Source: Ktedonobacterales bacterium (GTDB lineage: Bacteria; Chloroflexota; Ktedonobacteria; Ktedonobacterales; JADMIN01). Taken from it: 32,000 bases of DNA. This document shows, in pieces, positions 24,794 through 32,000 of the stretch (the stretch's first letter is position 1; every line of letters begins with the position of its first letter). Where the stretch lies: positions 1,020,001 through 1,052,000 of the forward strand of contig CP126532.1 of assembly GCA_030167145.1 (NCBI GenBank), given 5' to 3'. The notes under the pieces were generated by a model that made no database searches, had not been told where the DNA came from, and saw only the letters and a program-made list of their open reading frames with translations. The position numbers and the translations under genes are program-made.

Positions 24794-25762
24794 ATGTACT
24801 ACTCCACGTCGCGGGTGCTGGCAGTTCTGGACCTGTTGCAGACGCATGGGCGGATGCGCGGCGAAGACATCGCCGCACGGTTGGAAGTGGATACGCGCAC
24901 GGTGCGACGCTATGTGCTGATCTTGCGCGAACGCGGCATCCCAGTGGAGATGAAGCGCGGGCGCGCTGGTGGCTATGCCTTGCCTGCGGGCTATCGGCAG
25001 CCACTTGCGCTGACCAAAGAGGAGGCGCTGGCGTTAACCTATGGTCTGCTGGGAACAGGTCAACATGCGCTAGGGCTGGATCAGCGCGACGCTGCCCGCA
25101 CCCTTAAAAAAGTGACGCGCGTCCTGCCATCGGCCACGCGCGACCTCATCACTGCGCTCGACGGCGCGGTGACGTTCGCGACGCCGTCTCTGCCGCGCGC
25201 GATGGGAACCGCCCCGGAGTGCCTGGATGCCCTGGTTCAAGCGATTCATGCGCGTCATCGCCTGCGCATCCGCTATCACGCGCAGACCGGCGACGTAACC
25301 GAGCGCGAGGTGGACCCGTATCAGGTGGTGCATCGCGCGGGCCGCTGGTATCTTGTCGGTTGCTGCCATCTGCGCGCGGACCTGCGTGTATTTCGTCTCG
25401 ACCATATCCAGCACGTGCGGCAGCTCACTGAAACCTTCACCCCGCAGCCCGTAGACGCACTCGCCGCCGTCGAACGCGCCATCGCCCAGGCGCCGTGGCG
25501 CTGGCCGTTCGCGGTGCTGGCGCTGGGCTGCCCGCTCGCCGAATTGCGGCAGCGGCTCCCCCCCACTGCGGCGACGCTCCACCCGCAAGCTGATGGTATC
25601 CTGTTGCGCGGCTTTGCCGACGATCTGGATTGCCTCGCCTATACGCTGGCTGGCCTGCGCTGCCCACTGGTGGTTGTGCATCCCGACGAACTACGCTCGC
25701 ACATCCGTGCGCTTGCCGACCGTTTATACGCCATCGCTGGCCAACCCGCGCCCACACACTGA
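24794..25762 (+). CDS. YafY-family transcriptional regulator (HTH + WYL domain)
   Basis: N-terminal HTH (RVLAVLDLLQTHGRMRGEDIAARLEVDTRTVRRYVLILRERGIP). WYL-domain core (REVDPYQVVHRAGRWYLVGCCHLRADLRVFRLDHI). Confidence 0.85.
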   Translation: MYYSTSRVLAVLDLLQTHGRMRGEDIAARLEVDTRTVRRYVLILRERGIPVEMKRGRAGGYALPAGYRQPLALTKEEALALTYGLLGTGQHALGLDQRDAARTLKKVTRVLPSATRDLITALDGAVTFATPSLPRAMGTAPECLDALVQAIHARHRLRIRYHAQTGDVTEREVDPYQVVHRAGRWYLVGCCHLRADLRVFRLDHIQHVRQLTETFTPQPVDALAAVERAIAQAPWRWPFAVLALGCPLAELRQRLPPTAATLHPQADGILLRGFADDLDCLAYTLAGLRCPLVVVHPDELRSHIRALADRLYAIAGQPAPTH

Positions 25763-25985
25763 TGCTTGTGCCACCTTAGCGGGCTACGCTTTCCTCACCA
25801 CACGGCTGTTCCGTCCGTATGGTTTCCGCGTAGGGCAGCATATGCGCTAGAGCCGCTTCCCAGCATGAATGACGGGGCTAATCGCGCCCGCGTAGATCTC
25901 CTGTTGCTCAACGGCTGATTCCTCCGCACGAAATTTGCCGTGGCATTCATGCTACGTTCTCGCCCTGCGCCGATCTTGCCCCGTA

Positions 25986-27284
25986 TTATGAACCAGCCCC
26001 CGCGAGAGCCAGGCGGAACCCAACGCCCTCGCTGCCGCCGAGGTAGCCCGGCCAGCTGCCGCCGCGGCAGGCCGCGCGCGCGTCGAAGGTGCCGTTGCTC
26101 CACGAGCCGCCGCGCAGTATACGATTACCACCGGAATCACGATTCTCCCTACCGTCGGTTGCCTTGTATGGATACAACTGGTAGAGTGTGCCGGTCCACT
26201 CCCAGACGTTACCAGCCATATCTTGCGCGCCGTAGGGGCTAGCGCCGGTGGGGTACGTGCCGACTGGTGTGGTCGTCTTCATGTTGTTACTCACATCGGT
26301 ATTGCAGCGCGTCGTGTAGAACTTGTCGCCCCAGGGATAGATGCGCCCGTCGGTGCCACGCGCGGCCTTCTCCCATTCGGCCTCGCTGGGCAGGCGCCAG
26401 GGCTGGCCTGTCGTCTTCGCGAGCCACGCGCCATAGGCCACAGCGTCGTGCCAGGAAACGCAGACGGCTGGATGGTCAGGCTGCTTCAGTTGCGATTGCC
26501 AGTCAGTCTTCTTACCCTGATATTCATATGCGGGCGGTTCACGGACGGCCTTGGCACGCACGGCGCAGGCATACTCGGCGACGGTGACCGGGTAGCGCCC
26601 GATGGCGAAGGCGTCCAGGTACATCGGGAACTGCTGCATCTCATTGTCTCGCGCTTGTGGGTCACGGGCTTTGTCGCTGCCCATCGCGAAGACGCCAGCG
26701 GGAACCTCGCAGAGCGGCGGCAGAATGCACTCCACGCCGTTGATCACCCGCCCTTGGAAACCGAGATTGTACAGCGACATCGGCGTGAGTTGCGGCAGCG
26801 GGATGCCTGGCAGCGCGGGCGTGGTGGGGACAGCGGGCGCGATGGGCGCGGCAGACGGGCGTCCGCCGGACGCCCCTACAGCGGAGAGGGTGACGGCGGT
26901 GACGACGGCATCTACCGCCTGGTCGAAAGGCAGGGCGAGCGCATCTATCCAGAAGAAGGCGTTGAGCATCGGCGGCGGCTCGCACGAGGCGATGCGCACC
27001 GGCAGCAGCACGCGCGTCGGGTCTTTCGCCATCAAGCCCAGCGCGGTCTGGATTTCGAGCTTCACCCAGAACGATTCGAGCGCATGCCGCGTCATCAGCA
27101 GCACGAAGGCCGGGCGCTGCTGAATCTCGCGCTGGATCTCCTCGCCGAGCAGATGCCCGTTCTGCGCGTTGTTGCGGTCGTACCAGACGTCGAGGCCACG
27201 CGCCCGCAGCGCCGCCACATAGCGGTCGCAGAGATCATTATCGGCGTGCGAGTGGCTGACGAACACGCTGCGTGCGTCGCTCAT
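25986..27284 (-). CDS. TIR domain - Ala/Pro linker - FGE-sulfatase (SUMF1/EgtB/PvdO-like) domain fusion protein
   Basis: N-terminus: SVFVSHSHADNDL...VWYDRNN...FVLLMTRHALESFWVKLEIQTA (TIR_2-like, with the conserved Glu). C-terminus: YPVTVAEYACAV, VCVSWHDAVAYGAWL, RLPSEAEWEKAARG, GNVWEWT, ILRGGSW (FGE-sulfatase fold). ATG 27284 is preferred over the ORF-track start 27383. Confidence 0.85.
   Translation of the reverse strand: MSDARSVFVSHSHADNDLCDRYVAALRARGLDVWYDRNNAQNGHLLGEEIQREIQQRPAFVLLMTRHALESFWVKLEIQTALGLMAKDPTRVLLPVRIASCEPPPMLNAFFWIDALALPFDQAVDAVVTAVTLSAVGASGGRPSAAPIAPAVPTTPALPGIPLPQLTPMSLYNLGFQGRVINGVECILPPLCEVPAGVFAMGSDKARDPQARDNEMQQFPMYLDAFAIGRYPVTVAEYACAVRAKAVREPPAYEYQGKKTDWQSQLKQPDHPAVCVSWHDAVAYGAWLAKTTGQPWRLPSEAEWEKAARGTDGRIYPWGDKFYTTRCNTDVSNNMKTTTPVGTYPTGASPYGAQDMAGNVWEWTGTLYQLYPYKATDGRENRDSGGNRILRGGSWSNGTFDARAACRGGSWPGYLGGSEGVGFRLALAGAGS
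26858..26880. repeat. Palindromic dispersed element copy lying inside the TIR-FGE coding sequence
   Basis: GGGCGTCCGCCGGACGCCCCTACA. On the coding (minus) strand it reads in frame as V-G-A-S-G-G-R-P in the interdomain linker. Confidence 0.9.
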
Positions 27285-27484
27285 GGGGCTGTTCCGTTCT
27301 GAATCGCATCTGCTGCTACGTTGCCCGCATGTGCAGTGTACCGCATCATCCGCGCGATGAAAAGACCCGAATTCGCTGCTCATGAAGGTGATGCGGTGTA
27401 ATGTGCGCGGTGTACGATATACTGAAGGTGACAGGCGGAAGCGATTAGGCGCGCCATGAAATACCCGCCGGGAGGTCTGAGTCT

Positions 27485-27742
27485 ATGAGCCATGCGTTTT
27501 CCGTGCCGGATGAGGTCTACACGACCCTGGAAACCTATGCTTCGCGCAAGGGAAAAACAATCGAAGAACTGTTTCAGGAATGGGTGCAAGATTTGCGGCA
27601 ACAGGCAGATACGATGTCTGAAGAGCAACCAGCACGCGCTGCGTCCGAGAACGAGCTAGCCGCCGCACAAGCAGAGTTTTTCGCGCTCGCCGGAATGTTC
27701 ACGAGTGGTGTGCCCGACCTCGCCGAGCGCCATGACGCATGA
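27485..27742 (+). CDS. Small RHH/antitoxin-like protein with no adjacent toxin gene
   Basis: 85-aa ORF. GGAGG lies 9 nt upstream. The N-terminal beta-strand/helix pattern (FSVPDEVYTTLETYASRKGKTIEELFQEWV) resembles ribbon-helix-helix antitoxins. The assignment is tentative. Confidence 0.5.
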   Translation: MSHAFSVPDEVYTTLETYASRKGKTIEELFQEWVQDLRQQADTMSEEQPARAASENELAAAQAEFFALAGMFTSGVPDLAERHDA

Positions 27743-27802
27743 TTCTCGCGGGCATGTCGGGCAGCAGTTATGCCCGGTACTCACCCGCTTTCCCCGTGCG
27801 CG

Positions 27803-27811
27803 TGGTACAAT
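27803..27811 (+). promoter_or_regulatory. Candidate extended -10 element TGGTACAAT upstream of pth
   Basis: TG-n-TACAAT at 27803-27811, about 135 nt upstream of the pth GTG. No good -35 hexamer. Confidence 0.3.
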
Positions 27812-27945
27812 AAGAACGTCTGTGCGGGATGTTCGTCCCGCGCCGTTGTACAGGGGGGCCGCTGGCGCGACCGCCCTATTTCGCCGTGCGCGCGTGGGCA
27901 GACAAGAATGTCCGCCCCACCAGCCTGCCGTTGGAGTGATACCTG

Positions 27946-28509
27946 GTGAAGCTGCTCGTTGGTCTTGGCAACCCTGGTCTGCGTTTCGCTCACACCCGCC
28001 ACAACGCGGGGTTCGACGCCGTAGACCTGATCGCCGCGCGTGAGCGTTGGGCATGGTCCGCGCACCGCGCCAAGGCCCAGATTGCCAGCGGCCTGATCGG
28101 CGCGGAGAAAGTGATCCTCGCCAAGCCGCAGACCTATATGAATGACAGCGGCCTCGCCGTCGCCGAACTGGTGCGCTTCTATAAGCTGGAGCTAGCCGAC
28201 CTGCTGGTGCTCTGCGACGACATGGATCTGCCGCTGGGCCGTGTACGGCTGCGCGCCACTGGCTCCGCTGGCGGCCAGCACGGCATGGAATCCATCATCT
28301 CGCGGCTCTCCGCCAACACCTTCGCGCGGGTGCGCATCGGCATCGGACGCCCCCTACACGGGCGCGGCGCGAATATAGATTTCCTGCTCACTGCGCCACG
28401 CGGCGACGAGCGCATCGAACTGGACCGCGCCATTGAACGCGCCGCCGACGCTGCGCTCTGCTGGGTCAGCGAAGGCGCGGAAGCCGCCATGAATCGCTAT
28501 AACGCTTGA
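27946..28509 (+). CDS. pth: Peptidyl-tRNA hydrolase
   Basis: MKLLVGLGNPGLRFAHTRHNAGF... is the canonical Pth N-terminus. 187 aa. GTG start with GGAGTG upstream. Followed by mfd, as in many bacteria. Confidence 0.95.
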   Translation: MKLLVGLGNPGLRFAHTRHNAGFDAVDLIAARERWAWSAHRAKAQIASGLIGAEKVILAKPQTYMNDSGLAVAELVRFYKLELADLLVLCDDMDLPLGRVRLRATGSAGGQHGMESIISRLSANTFARVRIGIGRPLHGRGANIDFLLTAPRGDERIELDRAIERAADAALCWVSEGAEAAMNRYNA

Positions 28510-28556
28510 TACATCCTATTCTCATCCCCGCCTGCGAAGGGTCCGTGCGCGACGTC

Positions 28557-28579
28557 CGTAGGGGCGTCCGGCGGACGCC
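28557..28579. repeat. Palindromic dispersed element copy (CGTAGGGGCGTCCGGCGGACGCC), opposite orientation, in the pth-mfd spacer
   Basis: Reverse complement of the 22360 and 26858 copies. Confidence 0.9.
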
Positions 28580-28611
28580 TGCAGGGTCGGGGGGATAGAT
28601 TCTCTCCTTCT

Positions 28612-28634
28612 CCCCTTCCCTCATAGGGAAGGGG
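28612..28634. repeat. Second palindrome, CCCCTTCCCT-CAT-AGGGAAGGGG, in the pth-mfd spacer
   Basis: 10-nt perfectly complementary arms read directly. Function unknown. Confidence 0.7.
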
Positions 28635-28661
28635 CTGGGGGTTAGGTCCGGAGGTTCGCCC

Positions 28662-31600
28662 TTGTCACTGCGTGGACTCCTGCCACTGCTGCTCGACCGC
28701 CAAGAGATGGCCCGCCTGCGCGAACGGCTGGCCGCTGGCGATGCCGCGCCGGTGATCTCCGGCGTCGCCGAAGCCGCCAAGCCGTATCTCGTCGCCGCGC
28801 TCGCCGCCGCGCAAGATCGCCCGGTGCTCTACGTCGTCCGCGACAACAACGAAGCTGAACGCGCCGCCGACGCGCTCATCGGCCTGGTGGGGCGCGACTT
28901 CCCCGTGCTCGCCTACGCCGACCGCGACGCGCTGCCCTACGAACGGCTGATGCCCGATACCACCTCCGTCCAGACGCGCATGAACGTGCTCACCGCGCTC
29001 TCGCGTCCCGCTGGCGCGATGGTCGTCGTCTGCTCCGCTCGCGCGCTCGCCCAGCCGGTCATCCCGCCGCGCGAATACGCCGCCGCGCTCGTCGAACTGC
29101 GCAACGGCATGCAGATGGACCCGCGCATCCTGCTCGAACACCTGCTCAGCCTGGGCTATGAGCATGTGCCCGAAGTCGAGGAGGCCGGGCAGGTCAGCCA
29201 TCGCGGCGGCATCGTAGATGTGTATCCGCCCGCGCTGCCTCGGCCCGTCCGCATCGAATTCTTCGGCGACGAAATCGAATCGGTCCGCACGTTTGACCAC
29301 GAGACACAGCGTTCGCTCAACACGATAGATGCCGTGCTGGTCGGCCCAGCGCGTGAGGCGCTCGCCCTGCGCGGACCCTCAGCCGCGCGCCAGCTTGCCA
29401 CGATGGACATCATCGGCCTGAACCAGGACGCCCGCGAACGCTGGCACCGCGACCTCGACGAACTGCGCAACAGCCAGTCCTTCGACGACATCGCCTTCTA
29501 TCTGCCGTATCTGCACGACATCGTCTCGCCGCTGGCCTATCTCCCCGCCGCTGGCCTGCTGGTGCTGCACGACGCCGAGGCGCTGGAACGCATCATCCTC
29601 GACCTGGAGGCGCAGGGCGAAGAGGTGCGCGACCAGATGGAGCGCGACGGCGAACTACCACCCGGACTGCTCCCCGCTTTCCTCGCCTGGGATCAGCTTG
29701 CCCCGCTGCTACGCGCGCAGATGCAGGTGCGGTTCGCCGCGCTGCTGGAAGACGAAACTGCCGAACATCATGTTCACGGAAGCGCCCTCGCCCCCGACCT
29801 CGTACCCGCGCAGTCCTACGGCGGACGGCTGCGCGCCTTCGCCCAGGACGTGCGCAAGCAGCTTGGCGAGCGCCAGCGCGTCGTCATTCTCAGCGGCCAG
29901 GCGCGGCGGGTGGCCGAGGTCTTCGGCGACGAGGCGCTGCTGGGCAAGAATGGCGTCGTCCTCGTCTCCCCCGCCACCGACCTGCCCGAAGCGCCGGAGC
30001 CAGGGACGCTGGCGCTGGTGCATGGGCGCTTCCCTGAGGGCTGGCATAGCCGCTCGCTGGCGCTCACCGTCTACACCGACGCCGAAATCTTCGGCTGGTC
30101 CAAGCGGCGCGGCGAGCAGCGGCGCGGTGGTGGCACGCCCGCCTCGTTCCTGGCCGAACTGCGCCCCGGCGACTTCGTGGTGCATCAGGACCACGGCGTC
30201 GGGCGCTTCGATGGGCTGGTGAAGCTGAACAACGGCGGCGTGGACCGCGAATATCTGCTCGTGCAATACGCGGGCACGGACAAGCTTTACATCCCCACCG
30301 ACCAGCTTGATCGCCTCACCAAATACATCGGCATGGGCGACTCCACCCCCGCGCTGAGCAAACTCGGTGGCGCTGAGTGGGTCCGCGCCAAGCAGCGCGC
30401 CAAAGAGAGCGTCGCCAACGTCGCCCGCGACCTGCTGCGCCTCTACAGCGTCCGCGAGAGCATCATTGGCCACCCCTTCCCCTCCGACGACATGCAGCCC
30501 TGGCTGCAAGAACTGGAAGAATCCTTCCCCTACGAAGAGACACCCGACCAGAAACAGGCCATCGAAGAGGTCAAATCGGATATGGAGCGCGCCCGCCCGA
30601 TGGACCGCCTCGTCTGCGGCGATGTCGGCTATGGCAAGACCGAGGTCGCGCTGCGCGCCGCCTTCAAGGCCGCGCTGGATCAGCGCCAGGTGGCCGTGCT
30701 GGTTCCCACCACCGTCCTTGCCTTGCAGCATTTCAACACGCTCAGCCAGCGCCTCAAGCCCTACCCCGTGCGCGTCGAACTGCTCAGCCGCTTCCGCTCC
30801 GAGAAAGAGCAAAAGGAGGTCCTGAAGGATTTGGCGCTGGGCCGGGTAGACATCGTCGTCGGCACGCATCGCATCCTGCAGAAGGATGTCGTCTTCAACA
30901 ATTTGGGGCTAGTGATCGTGGACGAGGAGCAGCGTTTCGGCGTGCTGCACAAAGAACGGCTGAAGCAGTTGCGGACCGAGGTGGATGTGCTGACGCTGAC
31001 CGCGACGCCGATCCCGCGCACGCTGCATATGGCGCTGGTCAACGTCCGCGATATGAGCGTGATCGAGACGCCGCCGCACGAGCGCCTGCCGATCCGCACG
31101 TTCATTCGCCACTGGGAAGATGCGCTGATCCGCGAGGCGATTCTGCGCGAGATTGATCGCGGCGGGCAGGTCTTCTTCGTCCACAACCGCGTGCAGGGTA
31201 TTCAGGCGCTGGCCGAGCGGCTGCGTAAGCTTGTGCCCGAAGCGACCTTCGCCGTCGGCCACGGCCAGATGCCCGAAGACCAGCTTGAACATGTGATGCT
31301 CGATTTCTCCGCTGGCGAATACAACGTGCTGATCAGCACCACCATCATCGAAAACGGGCTGGACATCCCCAACGCCAATACGATCATCGTCAACAATGCC
31401 GCGTACTTCGGCCTGGGGCAGCTCTATCAGTTGCGTGGCCGTGTGGGCCGTGGTACACACCAGGCATACGCCTACTTCCTGTATCAGAAAGACACCAAGC
31501 TCACGCCCATCGCCGAAAAGCGGCTGCGCGCCATCTTCGAGGCGACCGAACTGGGCGCGGGCTTCCGCATCGCCATGAAAGACCTGGAGCTACGCGGCGC

Positions 31601-32000
31601 GGGCAATTTGCTGGGCGCGGAGCAATCCGGGTTCGCTAATGCCGTCGGCTTCGACCTGTATACCAAGCTGCTCTCAGACGCGATCATGGAGGTCAAGGGT
31701 GAAATCAGCGCGCAGCCGCCGAAGCTGCCGCCGGTCACGGTGGATCTGCCAGTCAATGCCTACATCCCCGACGACTATATCAATGACCGCACGCTGAAGA
31801 TGAACTTCTACCAGCGGCTGGCGAATATGGAGCAGCCCGAACAGGTGCAGGCGATCACCGCCGAGATGGCCGACCGCTTCGGCACGCCGCCGGAGCCGGT
31901 GGCGCACCTGCTCTCGCTGGTGCAACTGAAGACCGAAGCCGCGCGCCTGGGCTACGAGGCGCTCTCGCTGCGCGACGGCCATCTCGTCATGAAGCTGCGC
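28662..32000 (+). CDS. mfd: Transcription-repair coupling factor Mfd (3' end beyond the window)
   Basis: Not in the ORF track as one ORF because it is truncated. Frame 3 is open from TTG 28662, with GGAGG 7 nt upstream. UvrB-homology N-terminus, Walker A GDVGYGKTEVA (about 30620), DEEQRFGV (30921), and RGRVGR / TRG-type C-terminal motifs. Confidence 0.9.
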   Translation, partial: MSLRGLLPLLLDRQEMARLRERLAAGDAAPVISGVAEAAKPYLVAALAAAQDRPVLYVVRDNNEAERAADALIGLVGRDFPVLAYADRDALPYERLMPDTTSVQTRMNVLTALSRPAGAMVVVCSARALAQPVIPPREYAAALVELRNGMQMDPRILLEHLLSLGYEHVPEVEEAGQVSHRGGIVDVYPPALPRPVRIEFFGDEIESVRTFDHETQRSLNTIDAVLVGPAREALALRGPSAARQLATMDIIGLNQDARERWHRDLDELRNSQSFDDIAFYLPYLHDIVSPLAYLPAAGLLVLHDAEALERIILDLEAQGEEVRDQMERDGELPPGLLPAFLAWDQLAPLLRAQMQVRFAALLEDETAEHHVHGSALAPDLVPAQSYGGRLRAFAQDVRKQLGERQRVVILSGQARRVAEVFGDEALLGKNGVVLVSPATDLPEAPEPGTLALVHGRFPEGWHSRSLALTVYTDAEIFGWSKRRGEQRRGGGTPASFLAELRPGDFVVHQDHGVGRFDGLVKLNNGGVDREYLLVQYAGTDKLYIPTDQLDRLTKYIGMGDSTPALSKLGGAEWVRAKQRAKESVANVARDLLRLYSVRESIIGHPFPSDDMQPWLQELEESFPYEETPDQKQAIEEVKSDMERARPMDRLVCGDVGYGKTEVALRAAFKAALDQRQVAVLVPTTVLALQHFNTLSQRLKPYPVRVELLSRFRSEKEQKEVLKDLALGRVDIVVGTHRILQKDVVFNNLGLVIVDEEQRFGVLHKERLKQLRTEVDVLTLTATPIPRTLHMALVNVRDMSVIETPPHERLPIRTFIRHWEDALIREAILREIDRGGQVFFVHNRVQGIQALAERLRKLVPEATFAVGHGQMPEDQLEHVMLDFSAGEYNVLISTTIIENGLDIPNANTIIVNNAAYFGLGQLYQLRGRVGRGTHQAYAYFLYQKDTKLTPIAEKRLRAIFEATELGAGFRIAMKDLELRGAGNLLGAEQSGFANAVGFDLYTKLLSDAIMEVKGEISAQPPKLPPVTVDLPVNAYIPDDYINDRTLKMNFYQRLANMEQPEQVQAITAEMADRFGTPPEPVAHLLSLVQLKTEAARLGYEALSLRDGHLVMKLR

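Noticed and set aside
27656-28065. ORFs 27656-28054(-), 27705-28043(+) and 27781-28065(-) upstream of and overlapping the pth start
   Set aside because: They are mutually overlapping, Arg/Pro-rich, lack SDs and overlap the conserved pth N-terminus. The region is better explained as the pth leader/promoter with repeats.
29709-30869. 386-aa minus-strand ORF and other off-frame ORFs within mfd (28665-29300-, 30377-31156+, 30909-31460-)
   Set aside because: They lie inside an uninterrupted plus-strand frame carrying Mfd helicase motifs. These are typical high-GC shadow ORFs.

Overview
High-GC bacterial chromosomal window. The standalone cofD/cofC/cofE genes suggest a Chloroflexota-like or related organism, but this is inference only. 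Everything here comes from reading the sequence and the ORF track; no database search was run.

Layout:
(1) 1-5462, minus strand: a seven-gene, tightly coupled coenzyme F420 operon. Order of transcription is LLM oxidoreductase, PPOX-class protein, cofD, cofC, cofE, Fgd-like dehydrogenase, then a PPOX/nitroreductase fusion that runs off the left edge.
(2) 5.6-12.1 kb: BNR-repeat lipoprotein, zinc-ribbon membrane protein, PAS histidine kinase, flavin reductase, a SAM methyltransferase interrupted by one in-frame TGA, and infC with a probable AUC start.
(3) Two visibly AT-richer islands, about 12.2-15.2 kb and 17.7-19.85 kb. They encode secreted, lipoprotein and small membrane proteins of unknown function. 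They have homologous promoters and C9/C10 homopolymer tracts. rsgA and an APH-family kinase lie between them.
(4) 19.85-24 kb: LysR regulator divergent from aceA-aceB (glyoxylate shunt).
(5) 24.1-27.8 kb: conserved hypothetical protein, WYL/YafY regulator, a TIR-FGE(SUMF1)-like fusion protein and an orphan RHH-like small protein.
(6) 27.9-32 kb: pth and mfd (3' partial).

A roughly 23-nt palindromic element (GTAGGGGCGTCCGGCGGACGCC) recurs four times. One copy is in-frame inside the TIR-FGE linker. Another supplies a stop codon and is expanded into an 18-bp tandem array. No rRNA, tRNA, CRISPR array or transposase was recognised.
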